From Clostridia bacterium (GTDB lineage Bacteria > Bacillota > Clostridia > Oscillospirales > Acutalibacteraceae): a stretch of DNA of 40,514 nt. Shown here one piece after another: positions 24,895 to 33,863 of the stretch. The translations under genes and the position numbers were made by a program. Position 1 is the stretch's first letter, and each line of letters starts with the position of its first letter. The notes under the pieces are model-generated. The model saw only the letters and a list, made by a program, of their open reading frames with translations. It was not told the DNA's origin and ran no database searches. Location: positions 1 to 40,514 of the forward strand of contig JAFSGO010000038.1 of NCBI GenBank assembly GCA_017440765.1, given 5' to 3'.

Positions 24895-26034
24895 TTATCC
24901 ATTTAATGCAGCATACAAGTCTTTGGCACCCGGCGTTTGGAGCCCCAAGAAACTTGTTGCCCCAATTCTGTAATATTTTGTCGTATCGTTTGTTGTTTGC
25001 TTAACATACATTTTTCCGTCGTAAGTAACAACCTGTCCACTTTTGGCAGTGATTTTATCAAGCTCGCCTGTAGTGCTTGTATCCGTTTCTTCTCCATGGT
25101 TTTCAACGCGATATTTTTTACCGGCAACCTCGACGTCAAAATTATCCCCACTTTTGGTTTTAAATTGAGAGACATCCCCGGTAGTGCTAACATTGCCGAT
25201 TGGTTTATTAGGACTGAAAATAACATTCCCATCCAAATCCTCTAAGTCACCGTTTTCATTAACATTTATATTATCCGGATTAATCCACCCAGCATACTTA
25301 GACTCAATATTGTTCTGCTCCTTCTCCCAATCAAACTGATCTTGTTGCAGTTTTAGTTGCTGACTTGCAAGATCATTCGCGATTTGATCCTGCTCCGCTT
25401 GATACCCCGCATTGTACTCGTTCCAGTACTGCGTCGTGTCGTGGGTGCGATTATCATTCCATACAGCATAATCTTTGTTATAGGCGGCATCATATCTATT
25501 ACCGTAATAATCTCGATCTGCAACAAGCTTGTTGTATTTTGATTCGTAATCACTGCGCGCCTCTGAGCGATCGGTTGCAAGAAGGTTGTAATTGGTTGCC
25601 AGACGATCACCTTCCGCGTTATATCGGTCAAGAGCCATTTGATACAGTTCGGGAATAACGTTGTTTAAGTTCTGCAAATATCCTTGATAGGTTTGATTCC
25701 CGACGGTTGCGGCATACGAGTTTCCGTAACCGCCGGTCATTGCCGCAGCTTGTCCCATCGTATCCATCATGGCTTGTTTACCCTGATTGATATAGTTATC
25801 CTTGTACTGCTGATACAGGGCATCGCCGTTGAGATCATACGAAAAGCCCTTGCGATTCAAAATGGCGTTCATCGCGTTGTCGTACTCTGATTGTTTACCG
25901 TATTGAAAATCACCGTAATTATTGACAGCGTTTTCTGCGGTCAACTGTTTCTGCTTTGCCAGTCTAACCTCATCCGATTCTTGATAACCGTTATCGTATT
26001 TGGAAAGATCAATATTCGTATATTTGTTTCCCAT
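24895..26034 (-). CDS. Phage structural or ejection protein candidate, N/Q/Y/D-rich (379 aa)
   Basis: Low-complexity central region (YNAEGDRLATNYNLL...DYYGNRYDAAYNKDYAVWNDNRTHDTTQYWNEYNAGYQAEQDQ). It lies immediately upstream of the giant gene in the structural block. Confidence 0.6.
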   Translation of the reverse strand: MGNKYTNIDLSKYDNGYQESDEVRLAKQKQLTAENAVNNYGDFQYGKQSEYDNAMNAILNRKGFSYDLNGDALYQQYKDNYINQGKQAMMDTMGQAAAMTGGYGNSYAATVGNQTYQGYLQNLNNVIPELYQMALDRYNAEGDRLATNYNLLATDRSEARSDYESKYNKLVADRDYYGNRYDAAYNKDYAVWNDNRTHDTTQYWNEYNAGYQAEQDQIANDLASQQLKLQQDQFDWEKEQNNIESKYAGWINPDNINVNENGDLEDLDGNVIFSPNKPIGNVSTTGDVSQFKTKSGDNFDVEVAGKKYRVENHGEETDTSTTGELDKITAKSGQVVTYDGKMYVKQTTNDTTKYYRIGATSFLGLQTPGAKDLYAALNG

Positions 26035-26046
26035 GGTTGTTCCCCC

Positions 26047-26829
26047 TTATTTCCATTTCGCTAAAATATAGACTGCCACCTCGGCAGTGGTGTTTTCTGC
26101 AAATTTTCCGGTACTGCTGTGCACTCTGACCGTGCAGGACACGGTATCGTTTTTTTCGATACTTATGTTTCCGTTTAGTGCCGAATTGAGAGTTCCCGCA
26201 ACGCTGATAATTTCGGTCAGTTTAAGCTCAGACGGATAGGCAAGCTGCAGAGACAACACTCCAGTGTTTTCCTCTTCGGATAGTTTCGCAGAATACCAAA
26301 GTTCCGCAAGCCCGCTTTTGTAAGACTTACGATATCGCCACCCTGTATCGGTAACACCGACATCACATTGAAAGTCTGCAAGCGGTGTGCCGCCAAGCAT
26401 CAGATCCGCGCCGGTAAACCTTGCCAACGGTATATCTCCGTCCTTACCTTCTATACCGATCTCAACACCATGCTCTTCATCCGAGATCCCGATTTTGATA
26501 TACGAACCCCCCTGACGGATCTCTTGAACACTTACGGCGCCGTCTTCCAACTTGGTGACCCTGTCACCAATGCTTATCTTAAAATTGCTGAAATCAGCGT
26601 TTTTTACATACTGCGATACGAATTTATTGCCAACAATCTTATAGACCTCGTTGATCATGTTCTCCGTGATCTGCGCCGCATTATCGTTTGCGGCAGAATT
26701 CGAACCGCTTCCGGCTTTTGTAATGGCGAAATTGAGCTGATCCACAAGCTGATGCAGATACACTTTAATTTGATCCAACTGCCCTTCCGCTGTGGTTGCC
26801 GTTATGTTCGGGCGTCGAATATCACTCAT
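26047..26829 (-). CDS. Phage structural protein (260 aa), function unassigned
   Basis: A clean ORF in the structural operon; its stop region is coupled to the upstream gene as TAATG. The position is analogous to a tail plug or needle in P22-like layouts, which is inference only. Confidence 0.6.
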   Translation of the reverse strand: MSDIRRPNITATTAEGQLDQIKVYLHQLVDQLNFAITKAGSGSNSAANDNAAQITENMINEVYKIVGNKFVSQYVKNADFSNFKISIGDRVTKLEDGAVSVQEIRQGGSYIKIGISDEEHGVEIGIEGKDGDIPLARFTGADLMLGGTPLADFQCDVGVTDTGWRYRKSYKSGLAELWYSAKLSEEENTGVLSLQLAYPSELKLTEIISVAGTLNSALNGNISIEKNDTVSCTVRVHSSTGKFAENTTAEVAVYILAKWK

Positions 26830-28619
26830 TACACGTCACTCCCCTGCTCGGTGATCTTGGAAATCGAAAATATCTTTGCTTCACCTATACCTTCGAAGCG
26901 AAGCTTAAAATGATCACATCGTTTCGGGCGGATCGGCAGCGTAAAGGTTTTTAGATTATATCCTGTTAACATACTGGCTGTTTCCCACACACCGGATGAA
27001 TCATATTGAATAGAGAGCAGGACAGTCGCCCCGATATCAATCGACATTTTGATTGAAATACGGGAAATGTAGCGTTTATCAGGCGACGTACATCCGATAA
27101 TACCGGTTTCTGCCATCCACGCGACAGGCGCCTCGTCCTTGGCATCACTGCCGAATATGTTCTTGATTGTATGTGGCTCCGTATCAAGATAATAGATCTC
27201 ATCGCCGATTGAACAGAAATCTTTCACTTGCAGAGCATCTTCTTTGTGCCATAGCCCTTTTTTGGTATCACACACAAACAGTACGTGATCTTCTGTTTCG
27301 ACGTCCTTCATGGAAACGTAATATTTGCCCTTGTGATAGCATGCCACCGCATTCGAATAGGATTTTTCCCCAAGCGCAGCCGAAACCTCTGTAGGCAGTG
27401 CACCGCTGTATGCACAGATTCCCGTGCGCGACTTGTAGTACAGCACCTCATTGACCATGGCCAGACTCTTTTCGCTGCCTTTCTGCACACCGCGGCAAGC
27501 AGTATCCTGCACCTGATACTCAGCCGGATAATTGCCGTACACTGTATGGAGGCAGTTTTCTTTAAAGAACAAAGGATATCCTAAATATGAGATTGCACCC
27601 GTAAAGTCACCGTCCGTACCTAATGACACGTAATAACTGTCGGTAGAGATACCCATAAAACAATTCCAGTTTTTGAAATCGCCCAGTTTGCAAGCATATA
27701 ATTCGTTAACAATGTTTCCTTTGTTGTTTTTACCGTAACGGCATCCCCACAATCGGTTATTGCTTTCAACAACAAAGTCCATTGCCGGCATGCGTCTTTC
27801 CACTGTGATCTGGTCCGTTTGCGTCACACACACGGATCCCTCGATCAAGCCCGTAACAACAAGATAGTCATCTCCCTTGGCGTACACAACCATACTGCCG
27901 GTAACCGTATCTTTTAGCGATTCAATCGTAACGCCGGAAATATCCACGCCGTCATATTGCTCAAATTTTTCACCGATACCTTGACAGCCTATTTTAAGGT
28001 AAGTTGTCGCCACTGCTGACCACATACCACTATCTTTAGAATATTGCTTCAAAGAGTTTGGCGTTTGGCTGGTATCGAGCCAGGTGTACCCATTCGCGAT
28101 CGTTTCTGTGTCCGGTTCGTCCGGCCCGGTTTTATCCACCTTATATTCGGTTCCGTCCATTTTGCACAGCGTAAAGGTGATTGCAACACCTTCAGGAGAT
28201 TGGTAAGTAGTTTCTATTTCTCCTCGATCTTGGGTATCAAGAGTGTTTATGTATTTTTTGTCCGGCATCACGATCACGTAAGCACCCATAGAGGTAAGAG
28301 AACGCGTAGTTTTGTGATCGACTAAGGTTTCACCCAAGTCATAGCTCTCGCCTTCCATAACAAAATATAAACGTCCATTCGAGGCCGTAACGTAGCAAAG
28401 ACCATTCTTATCGATCAGACCGACAGGAAAGACGTCTTCAGCCGTTTGAACTGACTTCCCACGTTGCTTGCGCGGTGCCAAGACTGGATAATATGTCGAC
28501 GTCAAGTTTTGCATGTCGTAAAACTCGCCTTCGTTGATACGAAGATTGTGATTATAGCCGCCGAAAATCTCCACCAAATCTCTTGAGGTAGACAACTCAC
28601 TCAGTTCAGGTAATTTCAT
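26829..28619 (-). CDS. Phage tail structural protein (596 aa), possibly nozzle- or tubular-type
   Basis: A large beta-rich protein directly after the connector gene. I recognise no family; the assignment rests on position. Confidence 0.55.
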   Translation of the reverse strand: MKLPELSELSTSRDLVEIFGGYNHNLRINEGEFYDMQNLTSTYYPVLAPRKQRGKSVQTAEDVFPVGLIDKNGLCYVTASNGRLYFVMEGESYDLGETLVDHKTTRSLTSMGAYVIVMPDKKYINTLDTQDRGEIETTYQSPEGVAITFTLCKMDGTEYKVDKTGPDEPDTETIANGYTWLDTSQTPNSLKQYSKDSGMWSAVATTYLKIGCQGIGEKFEQYDGVDISGVTIESLKDTVTGSMVVYAKGDDYLVVTGLIEGSVCVTQTDQITVERRMPAMDFVVESNNRLWGCRYGKNNKGNIVNELYACKLGDFKNWNCFMGISTDSYYVSLGTDGDFTGAISYLGYPLFFKENCLHTVYGNYPAEYQVQDTACRGVQKGSEKSLAMVNEVLYYKSRTGICAYSGALPTEVSAALGEKSYSNAVACYHKGKYYVSMKDVETEDHVLFVCDTKKGLWHKEDALQVKDFCSIGDEIYYLDTEPHTIKNIFGSDAKDEAPVAWMAETGIIGCTSPDKRYISRISIKMSIDIGATVLLSIQYDSSGVWETASMLTGYNLKTFTLPIRPKRCDHFKLRFEGIGEAKIFSISKITEQGSDV

Positions 28620-28635
28620 TGATGCCGACCTCCGA

Positions 28636-29007
28636 TCAGAAATATTTGAAGCTTTGGCCGAGAGGCATATGATTACGATTATAATACCTCTCGTAAGCGG
28701 AATATGCTGCGTTATACATTGTCATGCTGTTGGAATACCTGCCGTATTCGCCATTGTTATAATCGATCTGCGCTTCAAGCCAGCGAACGTAGATGTCCTC
28801 ATAGGGAGTGGGAACGAGCAGTTCCGTGGTGGTAGGCGTGTCAGAATCGTATCCGGTAAAAGTAACGGATTCAGCGCCTTCATGTGTATCGATAATCTCG
28901 CTCTTTATCATCCCATCGATCGTTGATAACCATGAGATTTTCGTTTTTTGATCGTAGTTGTTCGGCTTAAGTGCATCGACCCTGTTGATTGCTTCAATAA
29001 TTGTCAT
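28636..29007 (-). CDS. Head-tail connector or adaptor-like protein (123 aa)
   Basis: MTIIEAINRVDALKPNNYDQKTKISWLSTIDGMIKSEI...YVRWLEAQIDYNNGEYGRYSNS. GGAGGTGG lies upstream of the ATG at 29007, downstream of the capsid genes. Confidence 0.55.
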   Translation of the reverse strand: MTIIEAINRVDALKPNNYDQKTKISWLSTIDGMIKSEIIDTHEGAESVTFTGYDSDTPTTTELLVPTPYEDIYVRWLEAQIDYNNGEYGRYSNSMTMYNAAYSAYERYYNRNHMPLGQSFKYF

Positions 29008-29072
29008 TTGGTTTCCACCTCCGTATTTTAAAAAAGGGGAGTCTTGCAACTCCTCCCCTCTTTTCATATTCC

Positions 29073-29315
29073 TCAATGGCTCTTCGGTTTTGTTGCTTCC
29101 TCTTCAAAGGCCATTGCTTTTTCCGCCATTTCCTGCTGATGCAGAAGAACCTCAGCAACACATGCGGGAACTTCGACTTCCACACCGCGCTGAATCAACC
29201 ACGTGCGGTTGTTAACCGACACAAACACATCTTCCTGATGCTCCTTCGTTTTCGGGATACGAACCTTAACCATTTTTTCTTTTGCCGCCGTTTCGGCTTT
29301 GTTGGCAGTTGCCAT
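29073..29315 (-). CDS. Small head-associated protein (80 aa)
   Basis: A clean ORF directly after the major capsid gene, with AAGGAGGAG upstream. Confidence 0.55.
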   Translation of the reverse strand: MATANKAETAAKEKMVKVRIPKTKEHQEDVFVSVNNRTWLIQRGVEVEVPACVAEVLLHQQEMAEKAMAFEEEATKPKSH

Positions 29316-29339
29316 AAGTAATCTCCTCCTTAGAATATT

Positions 29340-29365
29340 GGGGAGAGGGAAGCTTCCCCCTCCCC
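29340..29365 (-). other. GC-rich hairpin after the major capsid gene
   Basis: On the minus-strand RNA, GGGGAGGGGGAA pairs with UUCCCUCUCCCC (one G-U). There is no U-tract, so this is more likely an attenuator or stabiliser than a full terminator. Confidence 0.4.
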
Positions 29366-29391
29366 TTTGTCAACTCAAACAGCGAAAACGA

Positions 29392-30384
29392 TTAGTTTTC
29401 TTTTAGATCTGCAGAGAAAGCTGCGGACTTCGATTCCACACGAACAATGTAGTTCGGGATCAGAAGCTCCGCAGTTTTAATTGCTTTCCAGCCAACCGAG
29501 CTTCTCTGATCGAGAGGATCGGCAGTGCCGGCGGATCCTTTTTGCTTCACGATGGTCTGCAAACCGCCGCCGGTGATCTCCGTAACACCGTAAGCGCCTT
29601 CACCAAAAATCAATGTACCGAAAACCCCGCCCTCGTAGATCTTCGCTTCAGAAGTCTGTACAAAACGAACACCGGCAACCTCGCCGATCTCGCCTTCATA
29701 CAAATTGGTAGGCGTTGCATACTTATGCGCCTCAATCCACTCTGGATCGCGCATAAGGTCATACGCAGCATACGGATGGATGATTGCCACATACTTACCG
29801 TCAATAGTAGGTGCATTCTGCGAGCGCAACTTGGCAACGACCTGTTGAATGACCTTAACCGTCAACTGAGCTGTCTCATCCAGATCCCCACGGGACTCAA
29901 CAACAGTCTCGGTGCCGTCGGCAGCTACCTTCGGGCAATAGGTAACGTTCGTACCACCCTGCAGAACGTTGCGTGTTACCGTATCCAAAGTCGCACCTGC
30001 TTGCCGGCCCAGAAGCTTGGTCGCCTCAAGGATGGTATTGTCCAAGGAGGTCAGCTCCAGGACGTCGGACTGTACGATATAGTCACCGTACTGTTCTACG
30101 GTAGCGGTGATGTTCGTCACCGTCAAGCTATTGCCAGAGGGAGTCACACCTTCTACCAACGGCGTGGAAGCTTTTTCAAGCGGTGAGAATTTACGGAACT
30201 CGATCGTTTTGCCGCTACCCTGCGGAATCGGACGCTTCTGACCGAACTGATCATGAACAAGCGCTGCGGAAGCCTCGTCAATAAGCGTCATGTCATAAAA
30301 GGTCTTCATCTCTGCAGAGAGAGAATCCTGCGTGGTAACCTGTGTTGCAAATAACTGCAGATTGATAGCTAATACATTTTTCAT
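29392..30384 (-). CDS. Major capsid protein (HK97-like) with an N-terminal Prp-cleavable leader
   Basis: MKNVLAINLQLFA|TQVTTQDSLSAEMKTFYD..., 330 aa. Its position after the scaffold is typical. The start was chosen at the ATG at 30384, which has AAAGGGGA upstream. Confidence 0.85.
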   Translation of the reverse strand: MKNVLAINLQLFATQVTTQDSLSAEMKTFYDMTLIDEASAALVHDQFGQKRPIPQGSGKTIEFRKFSPLEKASTPLVEGVTPSGNSLTVTNITATVEQYGDYIVQSDVLELTSLDNTILEATKLLGRQAGATLDTVTRNVLQGGTNVTYCPKVAADGTETVVESRGDLDETAQLTVKVIQQVVAKLRSQNAPTIDGKYVAIIHPYAAYDLMRDPEWIEAHKYATPTNLYEGEIGEVAGVRFVQTSEAKIYEGGVFGTLIFGEGAYGVTEITGGGLQTIVKQKGSAGTADPLDQRSSVGWKAIKTAELLIPNYIVRVESKSAAFSADLKEN

Positions 30385-30452
30385 TTTATAATCCCCTTTC
30401 TTATTGTTCCGATCAATGTCGGAAGATAACCTGAGGAGATTGGACAAGGTTA

Positions 30453-31418
30453 TCAAAACCGTATCTTTTCTCCTCGTGCGACACGTCGGATAATTTCCCG
30501 ACGATCATCTTTGGAGAGCTGTGACACATCGCTCTTCACTACTGCTGCAGACTGATCGCTCATTCCGTTTTCCGTAGGTCTTGCTCCGTTTGCCATAATT
30601 CTATTGGCAATTTTCTGCTCTACAGTTTTGGCCGTGAACTGCATCGCGCCGGCGATAATTTCGTCTTTATGTATCAGTTCGTATGCTGTCCTCACATCAA
30701 CGCCTGGTACTCTGAGCAAGTCTCCGAACTTAGGGTTTTGCAATTCAGTCTCCAGATTAAACGAAGGATACACCGTCTTAAGCTGTTCCGCTTGTTGCAT
30801 CCACTCGCCGTAAATGCGACGCGAATTATCCTTGACGGATTGTTCCTGCATCCGCTTCTTAAGAGCAGCGTTTTCGCGTTCCATGCGGCGAATCTCTTTG
30901 AGCTGCTGAACGGTCACGCCCATCTCCATAGCTTCATCCTCATAATAGGAATCGTCTTCTTCAATCGCTTTGTTCAAAGCTTTTGTATCAGAAGCATCGA
31001 CACCGTATTTTTTGGAAAGCATTTCAAGCATAGGAGCAAGAGCTTCGTATTTTTCGACGGTTTCCTTCGTACTTTTCAGCCTCTTTTGAATGGCATCCTG
31101 CATTCTCGCATCGAAGAGATCTTTATACTCGCCTTTGATAAGTTTTTCAAATTCAGCATTCCGATCCAGCACTAGCACTGCCTTGTCATTCGTATCGGCT
31201 GGTTGTGTTTGCACATCGGCGGCTTGTGCAGGCTCCTCTTGGATCCCGTATTTCACATCGGAAAGAGGACTCTTTTTTACGCCCTTCGTTTGAGACACGG
31301 CGGCTGCCCCTGTTTCGCCCGTTGTTCCTACCGCACCTGTGCCACCGTCTCCGCCCGATCCGGTACCTTCGCCGAACAATTGAAGATTGAGGTGATTCGG
31401 AAAAATGTTGTCTTTCAT
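30453..31418 (-). CDS. Capsid scaffolding protein with an N-terminal Prp-cleavable leader
   Basis: MKDNIFPNHLNLQLFG|EGTGSGGDGG..., followed by a long charged helical region. It lies between the portal/Prp genes and the capsid gene. Confidence 0.8.
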   Translation of the reverse strand: MKDNIFPNHLNLQLFGEGTGSGGDGGTGAVGTTGETGAAAVSQTKGVKKSPLSDVKYGIQEEPAQAADVQTQPADTNDKAVLVLDRNAEFEKLIKGEYKDLFDARMQDAIQKRLKSTKETVEKYEALAPMLEMLSKKYGVDASDTKALNKAIEEDDSYYEDEAMEMGVTVQQLKEIRRMERENAALKKRMQEQSVKDNSRRIYGEWMQQAEQLKTVYPSFNLETELQNPKFGDLLRVPGVDVRTAYELIHKDEIIAGAMQFTAKTVEQKIANRIMANGARPTENGMSDQSAAVVKSDVSQLSKDDRREIIRRVARGEKIRF

Positions 31419-31472
31419 AGAAAGTTCCTTTCTGTCCGTAAGTGGACGAGTCTTTTGACATATATTAAGGCC

Positions 31473-31817
31473 TTACGCCTTGCCAAACGGTTTCAACTTC
31501 ACATGATCGGGATATGCCTGTTCAAGTAGCGAATACCCGACCTCTGCAACTAAAAGAATGTGAAGCGCTTCCTCATGGAAGGCCTCTTTCGGCTTGCAAA
31601 TTACGGTTGCATTCCCATCCTCTAGGATCACATTCGGTTTCTTATACAGTTTCTTTTCTTCATACATAAAGCTAACGGCCTTGGCTACCGTATATGTAAG
31701 AATGGAAACAGCAGAACAAACAATATCCTTACCATACTCGTCAAAATCAGCATGACCCTTCACCTTTAAGCAATAGACCCCTTTGAGTGCATCTTGTTCA
31801 AATTCAATCGTAATCAT
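31473..31817 (-). CDS. Prp-family cysteine protease (ribosomal-processing cysteine protease homologue), phage-encoded
   Basis: KVKGHADFDEYGKDIVCSAVSIL matches the GHA...G.DIVC(A/S)AVS His/Cys catalytic signature of Prp (DUF464). 114 aa. Confidence 0.85.
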   Translation of the reverse strand: MITIEFEQDALKGVYCLKVKGHADFDEYGKDIVCSAVSILTYTVAKAVSFMYEEKKLYKKPNVILEDGNATVICKPKEAFHEEALHILLVAEVGYSLLEQAYPDHVKLKPFGKA

Positions 31818-31826
31818 AGATCCTCT

Positions 31827-33863
31827 TTATGCCGGATCGGTCGACTCTGCTACTCGTTGGCGCGCTTTTTTGGTACCGGCGGTTTCTCCGCCTGCGTTTT
31901 TGCCACCAAGCGCTTCAGTTTCATCAACTTTTTTAGCAACACCTAATCCCCCATTAAGTGATGCCGCGGGGACTTGTCCACCAAACTGAGTAGCCAGCTG
32001 CCCGGCAATATTACTGCCTCTTAATTGATCCAGCATCTGAGCCAGCATCATCATTTGCTGTTGCATTGCCATCATTCGTTGATACATGCCGCCGTTTTGA
32101 GCGACTTTTTGGATCACGAACTGCTTCCTGTCAAAATCCATCATATCAAGACAAGCGAGTGCTTGATCGGCAATCTGAGGATTGAAGAAACCTGCCCCAA
32201 AGAACTGTAATGCCATTTCATTTTGGCTCATTTTCGAATAAGGACTTTGTTTTTGTGCCGTTACCTCAATGTCAAACAACGGAATCCTCATACCCATATC
32301 GACACCGAAGTCCATGCCCTGCTGTTGGGGCATGATACCGGCATTACTGTACTGCACATACCGCGCTGCACCGTTTTCACCCATAATACGAAAACATCTC
32401 GGAAGATCGTAAAACTGTCGAATCAGCTCAATAATCATTAGCACCATCTTGCGATAGCTTCGGTATGCTGCTTTGTTGTTGTCACGTGACAACTTAGATC
32501 CTGCTTCCTGCATTGCAGCAATAGCAGATGCTGCTGTAACGCCCGAACTGGTTCCGCCGGTGGAGATATCGCGGTTACCGGTGGTTTCTTTCAGTTCATC
32601 GATCTTGTTGTTGATAACAGAGACGTAGATACTGTTGAGAGGTTTCCCCTGCACCGGCAAAACACTGTCTTGCCCCAAAGAACCTTCAACGTGAATAAAA
32701 TCCTTGCTGAGATCCGCATACTCTTCCTCATTGACACCACCGTCATTACGGATGAAGTGACGCGGCTTTGCATTTGCAAGCATATTTGCCATGATTGCCT
32801 GGTTGCCACGATCTATATAGGCCTGTGCGTCTTTTCCGACATCAATATAGCCAAACCCGGCTGGTGTGCCTTCAACGTTGAAAAGCGTGTCAAAAACGAA
32901 AGGATATTGACCATGATTGTAAAGACCCGTCTGAGCAAAATTCGGATCATTCTCGGTTGCGAACAGCACCTCATCGTTTACGAACTTGCAGTAGTGCAAA
33001 ACGTACTTCCCGTTTTGGGATTTTTTATAGTACCAATCAACGACTGCCGATTTGTTTGTTGTGTCGACCGTATCATCATAGACATATTTGCTGATGTCCA
33101 GAGTCGCAGTCCCTAATTTACCCTGCAACTGCGGATATGCGGACACGAGCATATCGTTATCTGTGAGTTCTACATGAAATACATTACGGGATCTCTGAAT
33201 GTCGGTAATGCCAGACTCCCAAAACAAGTTGATGATATCAATCTTTCTGATCGAAATGTCGCCCAGACCATTGAGTTTGGACTTGTCCCAGAACACCCCA
33301 TAGATACCGGTACCCGATTTAAGCTTGTAATTCCACACCTCACTGTACGTTTGCTCAAATTCGCACTGGTCAAGTATTACCGGGATAATTGAGGTAAGCA
33401 TCTCTGCTTCACTTTTATCACTTTCCTCTCGCGGAAGGATATTCGGACACGGGAAGTTGTCCATAGCATCAGCATGCTTATTAGCGATACAGTTAAATAG
33501 CCACGCTGATGTCGGCTGGATCTCGCTCTTTTTGTCTCGCATGCACTCCCAATGGCGAAGTTTGTACCACTGCTCATTGTCAATGATGCGTCGCTCAAGA
33601 TTAGCCTTTCCTTCTTTGTATTTAAGAAGAGTCTGATATGCCTTCTGCACTTGCTCTTTTCCAATCACTTGTGCCAGCGCAGAAAACCCGTTAATTGCAT
33701 CTGAGTGATTAATGCCCTGCCCTTTGCTCTGCATCAGGCGCATTGCTTCCGTTTCTGCAGTAGGTTTAGGCGCTGACTGCCGAGCCAGCATTTGCTCCTC
33801 GTTTGTACGTTGCCGCTGCGGTTCTTCCTTTTCACTTTTCTTTTTATTATTAAACAGTGCCAT
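31827..33863 (-). CDS. Phage portal protein
   Basis: 678 aa, immediately downstream of terL and overlapping its end by 14 nt. Conserved core with a Q/M-rich C-terminal tail. Confidence 0.8.
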   Translation of the reverse strand: MALFNNKKKSEKEEPQRQRTNEEQMLARQSAPKPTAETEAMRLMQSKGQGINHSDAINGFSALAQVIGKEQVQKAYQTLLKYKEGKANLERRIIDNEQWYKLRHWECMRDKKSEIQPTSAWLFNCIANKHADAMDNFPCPNILPREESDKSEAEMLTSIIPVILDQCEFEQTYSEVWNYKLKSGTGIYGVFWDKSKLNGLGDISIRKIDIINLFWESGITDIQRSRNVFHVELTDNDMLVSAYPQLQGKLGTATLDISKYVYDDTVDTTNKSAVVDWYYKKSQNGKYVLHYCKFVNDEVLFATENDPNFAQTGLYNHGQYPFVFDTLFNVEGTPAGFGYIDVGKDAQAYIDRGNQAIMANMLANAKPRHFIRNDGGVNEEEYADLSKDFIHVEGSLGQDSVLPVQGKPLNSIYVSVINNKIDELKETTGNRDISTGGTSSGVTAASAIAAMQEAGSKLSRDNNKAAYRSYRKMVLMIIELIRQFYDLPRCFRIMGENGAARYVQYSNAGIMPQQQGMDFGVDMGMRIPLFDIEVTAQKQSPYSKMSQNEMALQFFGAGFFNPQIADQALACLDMMDFDRKQFVIQKVAQNGGMYQRMMAMQQQMMMLAQMLDQLRGSNIAGQLATQFGGQVPAASLNGGLGVAKKVDETEALGGKNAGGETAGTKKARQRVAESTDPA

